Part shown: in pieces, positions 27,815-35,424 of the stretch
Position numbering within the stretch: the stretch's first letter is position 1
How the letters are laid out: each line of letters opens with the position of its first letter
Assembly (NCBI GenBank): GCA_001804315.1
Contig: MHFT01000044.1
Location: 15,576 to 62,949 of the forward strand
Reading direction: 5' to 3'
From: Omnitrophica bacterium RIFCSPLOWO2_12_FULL_50_11
GTDB taxonomy: Bacteria > Omnitrophota > Omnitrophia > Omnitrophales > Danuiimicrobiaceae
Length of the DNA stretch: 47,374 nt
Position numbers and translations under genes: made by a program
Notes under the pieces: model-generated
The model's database searches: none
Seen by the model: only the letters and a program-made list of their open reading frames with translations
What the model was told of the DNA's origin: nothing

Positions 27815-28870
27815 ATGAAGCATCCAGCAGATCAAGAACGTGCACGGGCACGGGCGCTACTTCGATTCTTAAGAAAACATAGGAAAAAGATATCGCCTCT
27901 TTTGATTTTGACACATGATTTTCCTGATCCTGACGCCATCGCAAGCGCTTTTGGCCTCAAGTTTCTTGCCGCAACATCTGGGATTTCCGCTCGAATTGCC
28001 TACGGAGGCATGATCGGCCGTATGAATAATCGGGCTATGGTGGACGTGCTTAAAATTAAGATGCATAAGCTGAAGCCAATCGATCTTAGGAAATATTCAA
28101 ATGTCGCCCTTGTCGACACGCAGCCTGAATTCGGGAATAACCCTTTTCCATCCCGTGAGAAAGCGACTCTCATCGTCGATCAGCACAGTTCGATTCGAAA
28201 ACCATCAGCGGATTTCGTCATGATTGATACGGAATGCGGTGCGACGTCTGTCTTGATTGCACAGGCACTCCTTGGAATGAGAAAAAGAATTCCTAAGGAC
28301 GTCGCGACAGCAATCGCTTACGGAATTATCACCGATACGCTCGATCTTTATAGGGCCAAGAAAAAAAGCACGATCGACGCCTATTTAAAGATTTTGTCTT
28401 TTTCTGACATCCGAGATTTAGCCCGAATTCAAAACCCAGTGAATCAGAGAAGATTTTACGTCACCTTGCAAAAAGGGATGCAAGTTGCTCGGTCCGGCCG
28501 TGGGCTTATTGTTTCTCATCTTGGATTCGTCAAAAGCCCTGAACTGGTTTCCCAAGTTGCAGATTTCTTACTTGCCTGCCAGGATTTTCGATGGAGTTTC
28601 GTGACGGGTCGATATGGTAAGAAACTTTACATTTCTCTCAGAAGTAAGAAATCGAAGCTAGATGCCGGTGGGGTGCTTCGTGACATGGTACTTGATCCTA
28701 AAGATGCGGGAGGTCATGGTTCCGTTGCGGGCGGGAGCGTTCGTGTGAGCGGGAGAAGGACAGATAAAGCATGGCAGCGGATCGAGAGTATGATGATGAC
28801 GGCGCTTAAAAAGCGGCTCCGGATACCAGTGGGCAAAGAATTTCGACCTTCTTTCGCTGAAAGAAAATGA
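27815..28870 (+). CDS. DHH/DHHA1 family phosphoesterase
   Basis: THDFPDPDAIASA, VDTQP, VDQH (DHH variant), GIITDT, GGHGSVAGG. Confidence 0.85.
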   Translation: MKHPADQERARARALLRFLRKHRKKISPLLILTHDFPDPDAIASAFGLKFLAATSGISARIAYGGMIGRMNNRAMVDVLKIKMHKLKPIDLRKYSNVALVDTQPEFGNNPFPSREKATLIVDQHSSIRKPSADFVMIDTECGATSVLIAQALLGMRKRIPKDVATAIAYGIITDTLDLYRAKKKSTIDAYLKILSFSDIRDLARIQNPVNQRRFYVTLQKGMQVARSGRGLIVSHLGFVKSPELVSQVADFLLACQDFRWSFVTGRYGKKLYISLRSKKSKLDAGGVLRDMVLDPKDAGGHGSVAGGSVRVSGRRTDKAWQRIESMMMTALKKRLRIPVGKEFRPSFAERK

Positions 28871-28879
28871 GGTCGTCCC

Positions 28880-29706
28880 ATGACAGATCCACCTGCTCTT
28901 TTACGAGTCATTCAGAGATATTTTGAGAGAAATCCTGACGCTGCTGCGCATAGTCTGGAAACCATGACAGAAGAAGAAGCGGTCGAGGTTCTAAAATTGC
29001 TTCCGTCTCAGCTGTCTTCCCAAGCAGTGAAGCGGCTTCATGGAGGTTTTGCTGCGCGCGTCTTACAACAGCTTCCGGCAGAACTATTCCGAGATATCGT
29101 GGGGCAGTTGGATCCGGAACATGGTGCCTCAATTTTTTTTCATTTGGCGCTGGCGGAGATGAGCATACGTTTTCGCCTTTTTTGTTCTCACTCAAAAAGC
29201 GGCTTCCGTGGCTTCACGTCAATTTAGCAACCACCTTTCTTGCAGCGGCAGTTGTTGCTCTTTTTGAAGACATGATTGCGAAGATCACCGTGCTGGCAGT
29301 ATTTCTGCCTGTCGTTGCCGGACAAGGCGGGAATGCGGGTGCACAGTCGCTTGCGGTCGTGATGCGCAGCCTTGTGATGCGCGAAGTGCCGTTACAAAAG
29401 GCGAAGATGCTGATTCTGAAAGAAATGAGCCTCGGTGCGGTGAGCGGCCTGATCTTTGGGATCGTCACTGCAGGTGTCTCTTGGTTGTGGCAAGGAAATC
29501 CCTATTTCGGCCTTGTGATGGGACTTGGCATGGTGGCAAATCTGACGGTGGCAGGCTTTGCTGGAGCAGCAATTCCAATCATCATGAAGAAGATCGGCTT
29601 AGATCCAGCACAATGTTCCAATATCATTCTGACGACCATTACAGACGTCATGGGATTTTTTGCTTTTCTCGGATTCGCGGTACTCTTTCAGTCTTATTTG
29701 GTCTAA
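28880..29706 (+). pseudogene. mgtE: mgtE magnesium transporter, internally deleted (CBS pair missing) and frameshifted near 29143
   Basis: MgtE N-domain-like ORF from 28880. A different frame from about 29143 reads FGAGGDE..SPFLFSLKKRLPWLHVNL..GQGGNAGAQ..LDPA..TTITDV. Confidence 0.8.
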
Positions 29707-29785
29707 TCCCCCACCACTTTATCAAATGAGCGATAATTTAAGCTGTTCAAACCACCAAACCAAAATCAAGAGTGGCGGGGGATGA
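29704..29785. repeat. palindromic repeat family C, copy 2 (between convergent genes; possible terminator)
   Basis: taatcccccaccacttt ... aagagtggcgggggatga; same arm sequence as 17269-17328. Confidence 0.7.
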
Positions 29786-29819
29786 ATGCCGGAATTAATA
29801 AGCCGTGCCTTTGTAAGCT

Positions 29820-30452
29820 TCAGCGAGGTGGGAGGCCCATTGTTTGGACAACGCCGTTCAAAATAAATTGGACCGCAATGGCTGTAAGGACAAGGCCCAT
29901 CAATCGTGTGATGATTTTTAATAAGATGACACTGATCGTCTGGCTCCGGATCGCGGTCAAAGCGAGAATTCCAAAAGTGACCGCGCATACCATAAACACG
30001 TTAGTGATCAGTATGAGTTTCTGTGAAATTCCAACCGCCTGAGCGTTGAGCAAGATCGCCGTCGTAATAGCGCCAGGTCCCGCAAGCATTGGGATGGCGA
30101 GAGGCGTGATCGCAATGTCTGATTTGTCGATCCCTTCTTCCTGTTCTTCTTTTGTTTCCTTCACCTGTGTCCTTTTTGCTTGCAGCATGTCGAGTCCGAT
30201 GAGGAGCAGCACAATACCGCCGGCTATTTCGAAGGCTGGTAAGGTCACGCTAAATACGTCAAATATCATTTGGCCAGTGAGGACACAGGTAAGAAGGATC
30301 ATAAAGCTCACGGCACAGGCCAATGCTGCCATTTTGATCCGTTCATTCACTGTATTTTGTGGGGTCATTGCAAGAAATGCCGGGATCAAGCCGATGGGGT
30401 CAACAATAACGAAAAGGGACGCGAAAGAGAGGATGGCAAATTCCAGATTCAT
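29820..30452 (-). CDS. MarC family membrane protein
   Basis: LFVIVDPIG, AFEIAGGIVL, PLAIPMLAGPGAIT, TRLMGL. Confidence 0.93.
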   Translation of the reverse strand: MNLEFAILSFASLFVIVDPIGLIPAFLAMTPQNTVNERIKMAALACAVSFMILLTCVLTGQMIFDVFSVTLPAFEIAGGIVLLLIGLDMLQAKRTQVKETKEEQEEGIDKSDIAITPLAIPMLAGPGAITTAILLNAQAVGISQKLILITNVFMVCAVTFGILALTAIRSQTISVILLKIITRLMGLVLTAIAVQFILNGVVQTMGLPPR

Positions 30453-30572
30453 CTGTTTACTCGATCTTTTCTATGGATTGACGAGGCTGATTGTGTTCAT
30501 TGGCAGTGTCTTTAATAGTTCGGCAAAGCTTTCCTGGTTCTTAAACATTCCATTTGTCGAGGGAAAAACGAT

Positions 30573-30655
30573 GGCACCAAAAAAGGGAACCCGGGCGGGC
30601 AAGCAGGCCTGTTTACGCGCCATGTAGTTTGGCGGGTCCCCTTTTTCGTGGTACC
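30573..30655 (-). terminator. imperfect hairpin downstream of hsp20
   Basis: ggcaccaaaaaagggaacccg ... cgggtcccctttttcgtggtacc. Confidence 0.45.
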
Positions 30656-30686
30656 TTCTCTTTTGTGTCTCCTTTTCGTTTGGCAC

Positions 30687-31139
30687 TCATTTCACTTCTA
30701 CTGTGATTTGTTTCGGCTTAGCGCTCTCGGATTTCGGGAGCACCAGCTCAAGCACGCCGTCCTTATAGGTGGCACGGGCTTTTTGAGCGTCCACTTCCGC
30801 TGGGAGTTGGAAGCTTCTCGAGAAGGCACCATAGCTTCGTTCAGAATAACGGTAGTCCTTCTCGCTGATTTCCTTTTCCTTCTTGCGCTCTCCTTTTAAG
30901 GTGAGTCGGTTACCGAGGATTGTGACTTCCAGATCTTCTTTACGCATCGCAGGAAAATCAGCACCCAGAATGAACTTGTCAGCCTCCTCCCGAATATCAA
31001 TATCAGGGCTGAAAGTCCTTGTCCCGTCATCCCTTCTCGTCAGGGTGCGACCGAATGCTCGGTTCATCTCATCTTGGAAATCCGCAATCATGTGAAAAGG
31101 ATCCCACAAATCGCGGTTTCTTCGTACGATGTGGTTCAT
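30687..31139 (-). CDS. Hsp20/alpha-crystallin small heat shock protein
   Basis: PDIDIRE, LTLKGER, ERSYGAFSRSFQLP, ATYKDGVLELVLPK; GGAGG RBS. Confidence 0.95.
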   Translation of the reverse strand: MNHIVRRNRDLWDPFHMIADFQDEMNRAFGRTLTRRDDGTRTFSPDIDIREEADKFILGADFPAMRKEDLEVTILGNRLTLKGERKKEKEISEKDYRYSERSYGAFSRSFQLPAEVDAQKARATYKDGVLELVLPKSESAKPKQITVEVK

Positions 31140-31169
31140 AGCCATCACCTCCATTCAAATTCAAAGATG

Positions 31170-31184
31170 TCAACTTCCGTGCCA
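31170..31184 (-). promoter_or_regulatory. possible sigma54 (-24/-12) promoter for hsp20
   Basis: minus strand TGGCAC-GGAAG-TTGA (consensus TGGCAC-N5-TTGC, one mismatch). Confidence 0.35.
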
Positions 31185-31350
31185 GTTTTGTAGAGCTTTA
31201 ATCGAACGAAAGACGTACCACATACTGGTGCCTTTTGATACACTGTTGTGCCAGACAGCGCAGTTTTGAAAGAACAAGAAGCTCAATTAAATGAGGGATC
31301 GGGGAGTTTCCCGACCCCTCAGTGAAACAACAGACGGAGGATTTACAATC

Positions 31351-31671
31351 ATGACTGTCCAAACCGAAAAAAAAGTCACGATTAAACCATTGCATGACCG
31401 AGTCCTCGTGGAACTTCTAGAAGCTGAAGAAAAGACAACGGGAGGAATTATTCTCCCGGATACAGCCAAAGAAGAAAAAGCAGAAGGCAAAGTCGTTGCT
31501 GTGGGAAGCGGTAAAAGACTCAAAGACGGCACACTTCAGCCCTTTGAAGTCAAAAGAGGAGAACGGGTGATTTTTGGCAAATATGCAGGTGATGAACTTG
31601 AAATCAATGGCAAGAAACACAAGGTCTTGAAGGAAGACGAAATTCTAGCAATTGTTAAGTCGTCCAGATAG
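31351..31671 (+). CDS. groES: co-chaperonin GroES (no adjacent groEL)
   Basis: IKPLHDRVLV, TTGGIILPDTAKE, VVAVGSG, FGKYAG; GGAGG RBS. Confidence 0.95.
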   Translation: MTVQTEKKVTIKPLHDRVLVELLEAEEKTTGGIILPDTAKEEKAEGKVVAVGSGKRLKDGTLQPFEVKRGERVIFGKYAGDELEINGKKHKVLKEDEILAIVKSSR

Positions 31672-31847
31672 TGTTGGAATAGTAGGGGCGCCGACAGCAA
31701 GGGATCGTATTGATTCAGTCTCAGAATCAGATATAATACGCGCTACGCACGAACACAATTTCCTTCCCGCAGGTGATTGTTCCTCCCGCAATTGGCTTGT
31801 CACAAGCAAGGTGTGTTTTACGCCTGTTATATCAGCGAGAATACAAA

Positions 31848-32186
31848 ATGAAAAGTTTGGTCTCCCAAGAGGTGATAGAGGAGAGAATCTTTTCAATCCG
31901 TGGGCATAAGGTTATGATCGATCGGGATCTCGCCAAATTATATGGCGTGGAAACAAAGTATTTAAACCGACAGGTGAAGCGCAATCGGGCACGGTTTCCA
32001 GAAGAATTTATGTTCCAGCTTACGAGAGAAGAGAAAAGCGAACTGGTGACAAATTGGCACCGGTTCAAACGGATGAAGCATTCCTCTTCTCTGCCCCGTG
32101 CGTACACCGAGCATCGAATTGGTAGCCCTGCAACCACCAAAACGCCGGATTGGTTTTCACCATGCGTTAACACAGCAGTGACATGA
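31848..32186 (+). pseudogene. ORF6N-domain DNA-binding protein, internally deleted/frameshifted
   Basis: IRGHKVMIDRDLAKLYGVETKYLNRQVKRN..RFPEEFMFQL..PRAYTEH then breaks; the +1 frame 32116-32181 carries a PPKRRIGF tail. Confidence 0.75.
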
Positions 32187-33274
32187 CCAGGGTCATCTGG
32201 ACTCTGAGTCGAATACCAGGTTTTGGAATTCAAAAGTTCCGCCGATTGCGCGAAATGGTCCCGCCAGGCGATGGGTTTTTAAGCGAGAAAATCCTGGCCA
32301 TCGTGCGCGAGGAAGAGGATTGGGGGCGGGACTTTGTCCTCCAGTTTGAGGAAGCGTTTGCTTCTGGTGAGTTTGAACAGGAGATGGACCGGTGCGTCGA
32401 GAAGGGGATCGAGGTCGTGAACGTTTTTGACCCCGTCTATCCGAAACGGCTAGCTGCGATTTATGATCCGCCGTTAATTTTGTACGTCAAAGGGACACTG
32501 GTTCCAGAAGATGAAGCAGCTGTTGCGATCGTCGGCACGAGGCGGCCTACCCTTTATGGGCTGCGAACGTCAGAACGTTTTGCTTCTGAGCTTGCGATGC
32601 GGGGTGTGACCATCGTTTCCGGTATGGCAAAAGGAATTGACAGTGAAGCCCATCGAGGCGCCCTGCGAGCGAAGGGAAGAACAATCGCGGTCTTGGGATC
32701 CGGGCTCGATGTGATCTATCCAAAGGAAAACGTCTCGCTTTACAAAGAGGTAACGCAGCACGGTGCTGTCGTGAGTGAATTCCCTTTGGGAACAGCTCCT
32801 GTTCCTTTTAACTTCCCGAAACGTAACCGCTTGATCAGCGGACTTTCTATGGGTGTCGTGGTGATCGAAGCGAATCAAAAAAGCGGCTCCTTGATCACGG
32901 CTGCTTGTGCACTTGAAGAGGGACGGGAAGTCTATGCGGTTCCGGGCCCCATCGATTCTGTGACGTCGATTGGAACCAATCAGTTGATACAAAAAGGAGC
33001 GAAATTAACGATTTGGCCGCAAGATATCCTTGAGGATTTAGCGCCGCAGATTCATGCTTGTCTCAACGAGACGGGACCCGCACCGCAAAGGGCACCGGCT
33101 GGCGATTCCGCAGGCGAGATCGTCCTCAAGGTATTGAAAGGCAATCCTCTTTATTTCGACGAGATTCTGATGCAAACGTCCCATCATCCTGCCGAACTCC
33201 ATGAGAAACTGACCCGCCTCGAACTTGAAGGCGTCATCCGCCGCGAAATTGGCGGCCGTTACTCGCTCACCTAA
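32183..33274 (+). CDS. dprA: DNA-processing protein DprA
   Basis: YDPPLILY, VAIVGTR, VSGMAKGID, FPKRNRLISGLS, SGSLITA. Confidence 0.96.
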   Translation: MTRVIWTLSRIPGFGIQKFRRLREMVPPGDGFLSEKILAIVREEEDWGRDFVLQFEEAFASGEFEQEMDRCVEKGIEVVNVFDPVYPKRLAAIYDPPLILYVKGTLVPEDEAAVAIVGTRRPTLYGLRTSERFASELAMRGVTIVSGMAKGIDSEAHRGALRAKGRTIAVLGSGLDVIYPKENVSLYKEVTQHGAVVSEFPLGTAPVPFNFPKRNRLISGLSMGVVVIEANQKSGSLITAACALEEGREVYAVPGPIDSVTSIGTNQLIQKGAKLTIWPQDILEDLAPQIHACLNETGPAPQRAPAGDSAGEIVLKVLKGNPLYFDEILMQTSHHPAELHEKLTRLELEGVIRREIGGRYSLT

Positions 33275-33292
33275 AATGCTTTGCACCTTGGG

Positions 33293-33321
33293 TTGAAAAA
33301 CCGCTCAACCTCAGTTATACT
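33293..33321 (+). promoter_or_regulatory. sigma70-type promoter
   Basis: TTGAAA, 17-nt spacer, TATACT. Confidence 0.6.
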
Positions 33322-33352
33322 TAGCCGATCTAATCAGAAAGGAGTGTCAGAA

Positions 33353-33949
33353 ATGGTGAATGGAGAATCTACTGTTGTTGGGGGGTCACAGCCGCAAGAA
33401 CATCAGCCGGCGCCAAAAGGAAGACGATTTGCGTCTGTGCTCATTGATCTTTTGGTCATTCCAATCGTCCTAGGTGTGATAGCGGGCGTTTCTTTGTGGG
33501 CGGTTCGAGATGACATTCGTAACGGGATTTTGATTGCAATTAATATCGGGTGGCTTCTTTTCAGAGACCTTGTATTTTCACCTGGCCGCAAGATGGTCGG
33601 TTTGAAGCTTAAGAGTACGGTGGGAGACCGTGTTACGCTGTTGCAGGTGGTCGTTCGTAACCTGACGATCGCTGCTCCAATTGCCCTCAGTACCGGTTAC
33701 CCCTGCGAGATTGCTAGAGTTTTTTTTCCGGCATTACTCTGGAGAAGGATCTGGTATTCATTTATCTTCTTGCTTGCCCTAATCGGCGGCGTTTCTCTCT
33801 TAGTATCTGCTCAGCATCTTCTTCTGAAGTTTGGTGCGGTCTTAGCGATTTTGATTCCACCCCTTTTCCTCGTCAAAGATAAAGAAAACTTGCCGGCGGG
33901 AGATCGGTTGATGGATGTGTTCGCGAAGACGCGTGTTGTATCCGAATAG
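33353..33949 (+). CDS. RDD family membrane protein
   Basis: RRFASVLID, SPGRKMVGL, RLMDVFAKTRVV; AAGGAG RBS. Confidence 0.8.
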   Translation: MVNGESTVVGGSQPQEHQPAPKGRRFASVLIDLLVIPIVLGVIAGVSLWAVRDDIRNGILIAINIGWLLFRDLVFSPGRKMVGLKLKSTVGDRVTLLQVVVRNLTIAAPIALSTGYPCEIARVFFPALLWRRIWYSFIFLLALIGGVSLLVSAQHLLLKFGAVLAILIPPLFLVKDKENLPAGDRLMDVFAKTRVVSE

Positions 33950-33955
33950 TTCAGC

Positions 33956-35086
33956 GTGAACAATCAACCGAACGTTGGCGATGTCATCAGCTTTGCTTGG
34001 TTGAAAACCAAGCAGATCTTGTTTCCCATCCAGTTCAAGCGCTGGCTTAAAATCTTCTTCATTGTCTGGCTGGCGGGTCAGGCTGGCGGTTTTAATTTCA
34101 ACATACCTAATCTGCCAGAAAGGAAAGAAGAAGTAGCCGAGGAACAAACGGTCGGCGAGCGTGCTACTGATGAGCCAACGGAAGAATCGGAACAGGGTAC
34201 CGGAACAGGCACGCAAAGTGGGGAAGAGCTTGACGACACGACCGGCATTCCTCAAACAGCTCCGACGACCCAACCTGAAACGGGCGTTACCGACGAAACG
34301 CAGGTTCCTCCCATTCCACTGGGTGTGTGGTTTGTTTTGATCCCGCTGGCTTTGGCTGTAGGTCTCCTTTTCGCGTGGCTCAGCGCCCGATTTAATTTCA
34401 TTCTGCTTGAATTGATGCAGAACCGCGACGTCCTTCTAAAAACTTCTTTTCGAATTCATAAACTGGCCGGAAATTCTTATTTTCTGTGGGCGCTTTGCTT
34501 TGGTTTGGTCGCGATTGTAAGTACCCTAGCAATTGTACTTTTGATCGGACTGTCTGCGACGTTCCTGAAAGCACTTTTGTGGTTGACTGTTCCTCTAGCT
34601 TTAGCGTTGATTATTGCACTGGTAATTATTGGTGTGCTCGTTATGGATTTCGTGCTTCCCATTATGTATCAGGATAAAATTCGGTGCATGGAAGCCTGCC
34701 GGAAATTTCTTGCCTTAAAGCCAGCCGTCGGATCCGTCGCCATTTATTTCGTAGTGAAAATCGCACTCGGTATTGTTGCGATGATCATTGCTTTTATAGT
34801 TGCCTTTGTGACAGCCTTAGCCTTTATCATTCTGGGCATCTTAATCGGGGTTTTAGGAGCACTTCTTGCGGCGGCGGTTACTTTTTTAAAGCCGGTATTG
34901 ATTGTGCTTGGAATCTTACTTTTAATTCCTGTGGTTTTGGCGATGTTAATTCTTATTGGTATCATTCTGTTGCCGATCCCGATTTTCTTCCGCGCCTTCG
35001 CGCTTGCCTATTTAGCAAAACTGATTTCCCAATACGACCTCTTGGGTTTTTCACCTCCGACCTCTGACGGACCCCTTGCAGCATGA
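33956..35086 (+). CDS. hypothetical multi-pass membrane protein with an acidic Thr/Glu-rich linker
   Basis: 376-aa ORF with many hydrophobic helices and a low-complexity segment at about residues 55-120. Confidence 0.75.
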   Translation: MNNQPNVGDVISFAWLKTKQILFPIQFKRWLKIFFIVWLAGQAGGFNFNIPNLPERKEEVAEEQTVGERATDEPTEESEQGTGTGTQSGEELDDTTGIPQTAPTTQPETGVTDETQVPPIPLGVWFVLIPLALAVGLLFAWLSARFNFILLELMQNRDVLLKTSFRIHKLAGNSYFLWALCFGLVAIVSTLAIVLLIGLSATFLKALLWLTVPLALALIIALVIIGVLVMDFVLPIMYQDKIRCMEACRKFLALKPAVGSVAIYFVVKIALGIVAMIIAFIVAFVTALAFIILGILIGVLGALLAAAVTFLKPVLIVLGILLLIPVVLAMLILIGIILLPIPIFFRAFALAYLAKLISQYDLLGFSPPTSDGPLAA

Positions 35087-35103
35087 ACGTCCGATAAACC
35101 TCC

Positions 35104-35132
35104 TTTACAAACTTCTTGCTGCTTCTTATAAT
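35104..35132 (+). promoter_or_regulatory. sigma70-type promoter
   Basis: TTTACA, 17-nt spacer, TATAAT upstream of thiS-topA. Confidence 0.65.
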
Positions 35133-35149
35133 TGCGTACACATCTTCTT

Positions 35150-35200
35150 CCCCACCACGATTAACGTTCAATTGTTGCGACGGTTCTTAACGTGGTGGGG
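35150..35200. repeat. palindromic repeat family C, copy 3
   Basis: ccccaccacgattaa ... ttaacgtggtgggg in the thiS leader. Confidence 0.7.
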
Positions 35201-35218
35201 GTGCAGAAAAGGGAAGCT

Positions 35219-35419
35219 ATGATGGTTTGTCTGAACGCGAGCAAGCGCGAGGTACCACTTCGGTCGACACTTGAATCTTTAATCGAACTTCTTCATTTGG
35301 GGAAGAATTCGATTGTCATTGAGCTTAACCGTAAGGTGGTCGAGCGGACTGCTTACGCATCCACTGAACTCCACGAAAATGACGTTATCGAGATCGTTGG
35401 ATTTGTCGGGGGAGGATAA
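35219..35419 (+). CDS. thiS: sulfur carrier protein ThiS
   Basis: about 66 aa, IVIELN, DVIEIVGFVGGG C-terminus. Confidence 0.88.
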   Translation: MMVCLNASKREVPLRSTLESLIELLHLGKNSIVIELNRKVVERTAYASTELHENDVIEIVGFVGGG

Positions 35420-35424
35420 GCAAA

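Noticed and set aside
28175-28190. DQH instead of DHH as evidence of an inactive phosphoesterase
   Set aside because: The other motifs (DxD, DT, GGH) are intact; one substitution is not enough to call it inactive.
35133-35218. TPP riboswitch upstream of thiS
   Set aside because: No CTGAGA core and the leader is short; it is occupied by the family-C palindrome.
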